Source: Polyangiaceae bacterium | Lineage (GTDB): Bacteria; Myxococcota_A; Polyangia; Polyangiales; Polyangiaceae | NCBI GenBank assembly: GCA_965222375.1 | Contig: CBDCTZ010000015.1 | Coordinates: 448,001-512,000, forward strand | Length of the DNA: 64,000 bases | Reading direction: 5' to 3' | In this document: positions 57,361-64,000 of the stretch, in pieces | How the letters are laid out: each line of letters starts with the position of its first letter | Numbering within the stretch: the first letter of the stretch is position 1 | Made by a program: the position numbers and the translations under genes | The notes under the pieces: model-generated | Told to the model about the DNA's origin: nothing | What the model saw: the letters and a program-made list of their open reading frames with translations, nothing else | Database searches by the model: none

Positions 57361-59286
57361 TCAGGGTTGAAATCCGCCGAATCCGCCAGCGCCCGCCGGA
57401 AACCCGCCCCCAGCGCCGGCGGCGCCTCCGCCCGTACCGCCCACGCCGCCGCAGTCCTGCACGCACCAGCCCCACTCACCTGGATCACAGATGTTGTCCC
57501 CGCAATAGGACGGAGGCGGAGGGGGAGGCATAGGCCCGCAGTCGATCGGGCAGTTGAACGGGTCCTCGTAAGGTCCGCAGACGTAGTCGCCGCAGTAGCC
57601 ACCATAGCCGCAGTCGATCGGGCAGTTGTAAGGGCTCTCACCCGGACCACACACGTAGTCGCCGCAGTAACCGCCATAGCCGCAGTCGATCGGACAGTTG
57701 TAGGAGTTCTCTCCTGCACCGCAGATCGTGTCACCGCAGTAGCCACTGGAGTAACAATCCACGGGGCAGTTCTTTTGGTTTTCGCCAGGACCACAGAAGC
57801 TGTCACCACAGTAGCCGCCATAGCCGCAGTCTTGAGGACAATTGTAGGGGTTTTCGGTGTTCGGATTGCAGTAGCTATCTCCGCAGTAGCCGCCGTAGCC
57901 GCAGTCAATCGGGCAGTTCTTCTCGTTTTCACCTGGACCGCAAACGTAGTCGCCGCAGTAGCCAAAGCCACAATCCTGCGGGCAGTTCTTCGAGTTCTCC
58001 GTATTCGGGTCGCAGTAGTTGTCGCCGCAGTAGCTCGGCTTCCAACAGTCGATGGGACAATTGTCCGGCGTCTCCCCTGGACCACAGATCTGGTCACCGC
58101 AATAGTTCGGGAATCCGCAATCCTGCGGGCAGTTGTAGGGGTTTTCGGAAGTGGGATCGCAATAGCTATCGCCGCAGTAGCCCGGCTTGCCGCAATCGAT
58201 GGGGCAATTCTGCGGAGTCTCTCCGGGCTCGCATACCTGGTTACCGCAGTAGCCCGGCTTGTAGCAGTCAACGGGACAGTTCTGCGGAGTCTCTCCGGGC
58301 TCGCAAATCAGGTTCCCGCAGTAGCCAGGTTTGTAGCAGTCCTGGGGACAGTTCTTCTCGTTTTCTCCGGGGCCACACTGGCCGTCACCGCAGTAACCAA
58401 TGTTGCCGCAGTCTTGAGGACAGTTGAATGGATTCTCGGTCTTTGGGTCGCAGTATTTGTCGCCGCAATAGCCAGGCTTGCCGCAATCGATGGGACAGTT
58501 CTTCTCGTTTTCTCCCGGCTCGCAAATCAGGTTCCCGCAGTAGCCAGGTTTGTAGCAGTCCTGGGGACAGTTCTTCTCGTTTTCTCCCGGACCGCATTTC
58601 CCATCACCGCAATACGGCTTGTCTTCACAATCGATGGGACAGTTCTTTTCGTTCTCACCGGGCTCACACACCAGGTTCCCGCAGTAGCCCGGCTTGTAGC
58701 AGTCCTGAGGACAGTTCTTCTCGTTCTCTCCCGGGCCGCATTGGCCATCCCCGCAATAGGAAGGCTTCTCGCAATCTACTGGGCAGTTCTTCTCGTTTTC
58801 GCCAACGCCGCATTGACCGTCCCCGCAGAAGCCACAATCCTCCTGACAGGTCCACGGATCTTCGCCCGGTCCACAAACGGTATCCCCGCAGTAGCCCGCT
58901 CCGCAATCCGTTGGGCAGCTCTCGGCAGTTTCCGTCTTGGGGTCGCAGACCTTGTCTCCGCAATAGCCGTTGCCGCAATCTTGCGGGCAAGACTCCATGG
59001 TCTCGCCGGGATCGCACACAGCATTGCCGCAGGTCCCCGAACAATCCTTGGGGCAAGAACCCTCCTCGCCCGGATCGCACTTGCCGTTGCCGCAGTCGTC
59101 AGCGCAATCCGACGGACAGCTCGTGGGATCCTCGTCGGGATCGCAGACGCCGTTGCCGCAGTCGACTCCGCCGTCTCCGCCAAGTCCAGCCCCAGGGTCG
59201 ATGCGACTCCCGCAACCGCTGACCGCCACGACAGCACCGAACCCTCCCAAGAACCCAACGGCCCGAAGCCAACTCTTGATAGTCAC
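57361..59286 (-). CDS. Lipoprotein with 24 Cys-rich repeats (CG[DN]xxCxPxExxxxCPxDC)
   Basis: Lipobox VSGC after GTG 59286; repeats counted in the translation. Confidence 0.88.
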   Translation of the reverse strand: MTIKSWLRAVGFLGGFGAVVAVSGCGSRIDPGAGLGGDGGVDCGNGVCDPDEDPTSCPSDCADDCGNGKCDPGEEGSCPKDCSGTCGNAVCDPGETMESCPQDCGNGYCGDKVCDPKTETAESCPTDCGAGYCGDTVCGPGEDPWTCQEDCGFCGDGQCGVGENEKNCPVDCEKPSYCGDGQCGPGENEKNCPQDCYKPGYCGNLVCEPGENEKNCPIDCEDKPYCGDGKCGPGENEKNCPQDCYKPGYCGNLICEPGENEKNCPIDCGKPGYCGDKYCDPKTENPFNCPQDCGNIGYCGDGQCGPGENEKNCPQDCYKPGYCGNLICEPGETPQNCPVDCYKPGYCGNQVCEPGETPQNCPIDCGKPGYCGDSYCDPTSENPYNCPQDCGFPNYCGDQICGPGETPDNCPIDCWKPSYCGDNYCDPNTENSKNCPQDCGFGYCGDYVCGPGENEKNCPIDCGYGGYCGDSYCNPNTENPYNCPQDCGYGGYCGDSFCGPGENQKNCPVDCYSSGYCGDTICGAGENSYNCPIDCGYGGYCGDYVCGPGESPYNCPIDCGYGGYCGDYVCGPYEDPFNCPIDCGPMPPPPPPSYCGDNICDPGEWGWCVQDCGGVGGTGGGAAGAGGGFPAGAGGFGGFQP

Positions 59287-59472
59287 CCCGTGGGAATAAG
59301 CAAGCCGCGGGCCAGCTGCAAGGCGACCCGGGGGCGGGAAAACCCCCGAGTTCTTTGGGGTCGTTCCGCTGTGCCAGCCCCAGCCCCTGGCACACCCGGG
59401 CAACAACGTCGGTTCCTCCCAAGGTTGATGCCCGTCAAATGCGCAGTCCGCGAGTCCCCGCGCCACCAGGTG

Positions 59473-60402
59473 ATGGTAGTTTCGAGAGCCGCAGTGTCGA
59501 TCACGGCTGCCAAAACGGAGCGCTGCGCACTGAGGGCGACCACGTCTATCCGTCGTGGCTCAGCCACTCTGCTCATCCTCTGCGCAGCCTGCGCACCCAG
59601 CGCCAAATCCCACGCCAATCATTCGGGCGAGCAGCCACCCCAGGTCCCTGAGTGCGACCCCAACGCCCCTCGCCCGCCACTTCAACAGCGAATGGCATTG
59701 GCGCTCTCGGAACTGTCCCAAGCCGCGCGCACCAACAAGTTCTGGGGCGCGGACCAGACGCTGCAGGCACTGATGGGCGACACCGGCGACCAGAAGACCA
59801 CTCCGCACCGCGACGGCTGGGACAGCAGCGGGCGGCATGCGCTAGCCTACATGATCGCCAAGTGGGCAGATCGCGCGTCAAAGAAACTCGAGGCCAAGAG
59901 CTCAGACGGCCGAGTCACCGCGCCGCATTCGGGACCCACCAGCCACGAACCCAAAGCGTTGATGATGTGCGCGGTGAACCGCTTCGTCCTCGGGCTCGGT
60001 GACAGCAGCGATGCCCAAGCTTGCTTCGCCAAGCCAAGCGACGAAGACCTTGCCGGAGCGGCAACCGAGATCGGTACGCCAACGGACGCGGCCCGCGCGG
60101 AGTTGGTCAAGCAGCAAGTCGACAGGTGCACGTTCGTCGAAAGCGTCGGGGAACTCGACGCGAGCGCGAAACCGTTCCTGAAGTTCACGGAGATCTCCCG
60201 CATTGGCAGCATGTGGCGCTCGGATCTGGAGCGCGTGCACTTCGCCCGCTTTCGTTGCCCGAGCTCCCAGGCAATCTTCGCGTTCTCCGAGGAGAAGGAC
60301 TGCGAATTCGAAATCCTCGGCTACCGCTTCGTGCAGGACGCCCATGCCGACAAAAGCGCTGAACAACTCGAGCTGGTGCTGGTCGCTCTGGGAGCGCTGT
60401 AG
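59473..60402 (+). CDS. Hypothetical lipoprotein
   Basis: 3' part of ORF 57214..60402; lipobox-like LLILCAAC. Start uncertain. Confidence 0.6.
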   Translation: MVVSRAAVSITAAKTERCALRATTSIRRGSATLLILCAACAPSAKSHANHSGEQPPQVPECDPNAPRPPLQQRMALALSELSQAARTNKFWGADQTLQALMGDTGDQKTTPHRDGWDSSGRHALAYMIAKWADRASKKLEAKSSDGRVTAPHSGPTSHEPKALMMCAVNRFVLGLGDSSDAQACFAKPSDEDLAGAATEIGTPTDAARAELVKQQVDRCTFVESVGELDASAKPFLKFTEISRIGSMWRSDLERVHFARFRCPSSQAIFAFSEEKDCEFEILGYRFVQDAHADKSAEQLELVLVALGAL

Positions 60403-60450
60403 GCCTCGGCGCTCACCACGTATCAGGGTTGCCCCCGAGCAGCCTGCGGG

Positions 60451-60506
60451 CCTGGGATTGGTTGGGGTCGCGGCCCTGCTACAGTGAGGGCCACTACTCT
60501 CGAACT
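60451..60506 (+). repeat. Dispersed two-box repeat, family B
   Basis: TTGGTTGGGGTCG-N17-GGGCCACTACTCTCGAACT. Confidence 0.8.
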
Positions 60507-60577
60507 ATGCCACGCTGTGGCGCCGGCTCCGGGTAGCCGAATGGAACAACGGGTTCGGCGCCGACGGTGTCCAAGCG

Positions 60578-61441
60578 ATGCAAGCGGCGCCAATTGCGGG
60601 TAGAGTTTCCAGGTTGCCTTTGCATTCCTTGAACCGACGCTGCTGGGCACTCCTGAGCGGAGTAGGCCTGCTCGCTTGCCAATCCGTGCTGGGGATCGAG
60701 GACCCCAAGCTGGACGAGGGCGACGCGTCTGCGGGTGGTGGCGCGGCGGGCTCAGCCGGTAGCGGGGCCACGGCTGGAGGTGGCGCTTCTGGCGCAAGCG
60801 GTATCGGGGGAAGCGGCGCGAGCGGGGGCAGCGCGGGCGGAGCGGCGACAGGCGGCTCCGCAGGAGCGACAGGTGGCACCGCCGGGACCGCGGCGACAGG
60901 TGGCAGCGGTGGCGCGACGGGCGGCGCTGGCGGCGCGACAGGCGGCACGGGTGGTGCGACGGGCGGGACCGGTGGCGCAACGGGGGGCACCGGCGGTACC
61001 GGTGGCCTGACTTGCGGTCAGAGCCCAACACCGCCGGGTGGCGCATGCCCAAGCGTATGTACCGGTGGTTGCTCACCCGCGAACAAGTGCACGATCCATT
61101 GCACGGGCCAAGCGTCCTGCATCAACGCCACAGCCGTCACTTGCCCCACGGGATTCGAGTGTCAGGTCGTTTGCTCTGGAAAAGACAGCTGTCGCGGCAC
61201 GACCGTTTCATGCCCAGCGTCATCGACCTGCAGAGTCACATGCATCGGCGAAGCATCGTGCCAGGACTCGATGGTCAAGTGCGGCGACGGAGTATGCATT
61301 CTCGCTTGCGCCAGCGGAAACAACTCCTGCACCGGGACCCAGTTGCTGTGTGGCAGCAACCGTTGCCAGCCTAGTTGTGGGGGGAACGCGGTAGCAATCG
61401 ACTGCACCAACGCGCCCTGCAATGGCTGCCCGACCTGCTAG
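60578..61441 (+). CDS. Gly-linker Cys-rich lipoprotein
   Basis: LLACQSVLGIEDP, GGAT repeats, C.G..SC....V.C repeats. Start uncertain. Confidence 0.75.
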   Translation: MQAAPIAGRVSRLPLHSLNRRCWALLSGVGLLACQSVLGIEDPKLDEGDASAGGGAAGSAGSGATAGGGASGASGIGGSGASGGSAGGAATGGSAGATGGTAGTAATGGSGGATGGAGGATGGTGGATGGTGGATGGTGGTGGLTCGQSPTPPGGACPSVCTGGCSPANKCTIHCTGQASCINATAVTCPTGFECQVVCSGKDSCRGTTVSCPASSTCRVTCIGEASCQDSMVKCGDGVCILACASGNNSCTGTQLLCGSNRCQPSCGGNAVAIDCTNAPCNGCPTC

Positions 61442-61578
61442 CTCACCACTTTGGTTGTCAGGGGCGCACTACGTAGGTGTGACTCGCACCCCGGAGCGAA
61501 ACGCCTCGTTGGAGCGCGCAAAAGTCCGCGATGCTGTCCTTGGCGCTCGCACGCTGCGCCGGTTAGACTCCTGGTAGC

Positions 61579-62376
61579 TTGGTTCACTCTGCGTTCCTTC
61601 GTTGCCTCGGCGCGGCCGCCGCTGCCATCGTGGCACTGTCTTGCCAATCGGTTCTGGGTATCGAAGAGCCAACTCTGGATGAGTCTGACGGCGCGGCCGC
61701 GGGGGGCTCCGCAGGCGCAGCGGCCGGAAGTGCCGGTGGCTATGCGGGCTCCGGCTCCGGAGGCACCGCCGCAGCTGGGGGTGCAAGTGGTAGCTCTGGA
61801 AGCGGAAACACAGCGGGTGCTGCATCCGGAGGAACGCCGGCAAGCGGCGGCACACCGGCAACGGGGGGCGCGTCCGCAACAGGTGGCACGCCCGCAACGG
61901 GGGGCGCGCCCGCAACGGGGGGCACATCCGCAACGGGCGGCACGCCGGCAACGGGGGGCGCGCCCGCAACGGGTGGCACGGGGGGTGGGGCGACCGGTGG
62001 AAGTGGTGGTTCCGCCGCCGATTGTCCATCGACCCATCCGGGCAATGGAAACGGCTGCTCATCTTGGGGGCGAAACTGCGAGTACGGCAACGCCCAGTGC
62101 ACGTGTTTCAGCAACCATTGGAAGTGCAACGCTTGCCCGGACTCCCAGCCCAGCTTCGCAAGTCCTTGCTCTTCGCCAAAGAGCTTGTGTCGCTACGGCG
62201 CACGGACATGCGCGTGCAATTCCTACTACGGCGGTTGGAACTGCCTAAGCTGTCCGGACTCGAAGCCTTCGAGTGGCAGCAACTGCAATGCAGCCGGTGA
62301 TGTGGTGTGCATCTATGGCGCTTCACAATGCACCTGCAGTCAGAACGGTACGAAAGCCCGTTGGCAGTGCCCCTAG
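61579..62376 (+). CDS. Gly-linker Cys-rich lipoprotein (paralogous leader)
   Basis: ALSCQSVLGIEEP, GG.PAT repeats, three CP...P....C....C.YG...C.C....W.C modules. Confidence 0.78.
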   Translation: MVHSAFLRCLGAAAAAIVALSCQSVLGIEEPTLDESDGAAAGGSAGAAAGSAGGYAGSGSGGTAAAGGASGSSGSGNTAGAASGGTPASGGTPATGGASATGGTPATGGAPATGGTSATGGTPATGGAPATGGTGGGATGGSGGSAADCPSTHPGNGNGCSSWGRNCEYGNAQCTCFSNHWKCNACPDSQPSFASPCSSPKSLCRYGARTCACNSYYGGWNCLSCPDSKPSSGSNCNAAGDVVCIYGASQCTCSQNGTKARWQCP

Positions 62377-62639
62377 GTGAAGCCCGCGCCACGCTCATCC
62401 GGGTTTCGGCATGGCGCAGACCTTTGGCGCTAGCAGTGCCAATGACCTATATTCACGACATACGCCCCCCTTGTCTCTTCTATGCGTACTGGCTTCGCTC
62501 GATGCAGCGGCAGTTTGCTCAAGCAAGTCCAAGTAGAACAACCCATCCGGCAGTGGCGGGACCGCTGGGGCGGTTGAGCGCGCGGTCCTGCGCCAGCTTG
62601 GCCTAGCGCGGGAGCAGCGGCCTAGTGTGCGCCAGGGCT

Positions 62640-62683
62640 CACCCCTTCGGGTGTTGCCCCTTCGGGCATTGCCCCGTCGGGCA
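62640..62683. repeat. Three tandem mini-hairpins, 15-nt period
   Basis: CACCC-CTTC-GGGTG, TGCCC-CTTC-GGGCA, TGCCC-CGTC-GGGCA. Confidence 0.7.
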
Positions 62684-62741
62684 TCACGAAGCGCGTCACA
62701 AGCGCGTCGACTCCAAAAACCAAAACCGAACTGCTTGGGAG

Positions 62742-63323
62742 TCAGTATGGCCTTTTGCCGCTGAAGTTGCCGGGGGGGTCGTAGTTGCAGACCCAGAGCT
62801 CCCAGGAGCCACCGCCGAAGGGTGAACCTGTGGTGCAGGTCTTCTTGGCGCAACCGACGCGGGCGCTCGTTGCCCACACGACTTGGGTGTAGTGTCCGCA
62901 GACCTGGAAGCAGCTGTTGCTCGCGTAGTCGTAGTCCGCAGCTTCGCTCACCCAAGAGTCGACTACTTGCTTGGGCGTTGATGAGTTCGTGCTCGCGTAC
63001 AGGTTTTCGCCGTATTGGTTCTTGGAGTGGCCCCAGATGCACTTGTTCGCGTAGTCCTGGGCAACCTTGGCTAGGACACCAGACCAGGCCAGGGGTGGGA
63101 TTGGCGAGGACGCAGGTGGGCTCACCGCCGCGCGGGCGGCGTTGTGCGCAGCCGTCATGCCGTTCATGTCTGCAGGCTCCGTGTCGCCTGGATTGCCACT
63201 ACCGCCGAGCCCACCACCACCGGCTCCACCTCCTCCGCCGCCCCCGTCGTCGTCAGACCCACAGGAAACCAGGGTGGCGCTGAAGACTAGAGTCGCAGCA
63301 GCCAGAACTCGAGACGGTTTCAT
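62742..63323 (-). CDS. CAP (SCP/PR-1) domain lipoprotein
   Basis: Lipobox LVSC; HNAAR, YGENL, CGHYTQVVW, WVCNYDPPGN. Confidence 0.92.
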   Translation of the reverse strand: MKPSRVLAAATLVFSATLVSCGSDDDGGGGGGGAGGGGLGGSGNPGDTEPADMNGMTAAHNAARAAVSPPASSPIPPLAWSGVLAKVAQDYANKCIWGHSKNQYGENLYASTNSSTPKQVVDSWVSEAADYDYASNSCFQVCGHYTQVVWATSARVGCAKKTCTTGSPFGGGSWELWVCNYDPPGNFSGKRPY

Positions 63324-63459
63324 ACGGCTCACGATAGCACGCGCTTGCCCCGATCTTTCGCGCGCCTCGAGGCGGGGCGCGCAAGCAGAACCCGACAATC
63401 CCCGCCAATTCGGCGGTTTCGCGTGACGCGGCTGGCGTTCTGTTTCAGGCTTGGGCCCG

Positions 63460-64000
63460 ATGGTTTCTTCACGGGTACTCGGTGCAGCGATCGCAATGGC
63501 GACGCTTTCGTTGGCTGGCTGCTCCGGCACCAGCGGCGGTGGGGGCGCAGTTGGCGGCAGCGCCGGCTTCGAGGCGGGCACGGGTGCGACGAGCGGAACT
63601 GGCGGAAGCGGCGCGACGAGTGGAACCGGCGGCGTCGTGCTCGAGGCGGGCACCGGCGGCACTCCGCCCACGGGCCCGTCGGAAGTCTTTGGTCACGGTC
63701 CGGACGATCTGTACCGCCTCGATCCCGACACCAATGCGGTGACCACCATCGGGCCATTTCAGGGCTGCTCGAGCGTGTGGGACATCGCCTTGGACAAAGA
63801 CTCCAACATGTTCGCGACGACCGAGAAGGGGCTGTATCGCATCGACACCAAGACCGCGAACTGCCAGCTAGTCGCCTCCGGAGGGCCGTTCCCCAACAGC
63901 CTCTCCTTCGTGCCCCAGGGCACCTTGGACCCCAGCGCGGAAGCGTTGGTGGGCTACGAAAATACCGACTACGTACGGATCGACACGGCGAGCGGCGCGA
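63460..64000 (+). CDS. Beta-propeller lipoprotein, 3'-truncated by window edge
   Basis: MVSSRVLGAAIAMATLSLAGC, Gly linker, LYRLDP...DIALDKD...LYRID; frame open to the window end. Confidence 0.75.
   Translation, partial: MVSSRVLGAAIAMATLSLAGCSGTSGGGGAVGGSAGFEAGTGATSGTGGSGATSGTGGVVLEAGTGGTPPTGPSEVFGHGPDDLYRLDPDTNAVTTIGPFQGCSSVWDIALDKDSNMFATTEKGLYRIDTKTANCQLVASGGPFPNSLSFVPQGTLDPSAEALVGYENTDYVRIDTASGA

Noticed and set aside
57214..59470. 5' two-thirds of the 1062-aa ORF
   Set aside because: Antisense shadow of the Cys-repeat gene (AVA/AAV periodicity); only the 3' part looks like a real gene.
22861..60506. Intergenic repeats as integron attC sites
   Set aside because: No consistent RYYYAAC...GTTRRRY ends, mixed orientations, and no IntI gene.
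1..64000. tRNA, rRNA or prophage
   Set aside because: No cloverleaf or rRNA-like stretch and no phage structural genes were recognised by eye; tRNAscan-SE or Infernal would be needed to exclude small RNAs.

Overview
High-GC bacterial DNA, most likely from Myxococcota (Polyangiaceae-like). This is inferred from the many Gly/Cys-rich lipoproteins, a eukaryotic-type Ser/Thr kinase, a MYXO-CTERM-like tail and a DUF222-type HNH gene. Recognisable housekeeping genes are trpE-like, dnaJ, zwf-pgl-gnd, an ABC exporter pair and an orphan FliI/YscN ATPase. No rRNA, tRNA or CRISPR array was seen. The rest is an accessory mosaic. Most notable observations: (1) two independent loci where a gene's last 14-27 codons are duplicated downstream with mostly synonymous differences, bracketing small integrase-less cargo, plus several orphan gene ends, which suggests a recurring gene-end-replacement mode of DNA acquisition; (2) a DUF222-type HNH/RuvA-C gene framed by 115-bp structured direct repeats; (3) a dispersed intergenic family with two conserved boxes separated by a variable 17-18 nt spacer (5 copies), and a second ~250-bp structured repeat family; (4) a B12-radical SAM enzyme fused to an internal lipoprotein-like exported domain; (5) a sensor-less chemoreceptor whose stop overlaps the start of a hemerythrin gene; (6) an IS1182-like element with a CTAG duplication. 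All calls come from reading motifs by eye; no database searches were run, and start codons are best estimates.
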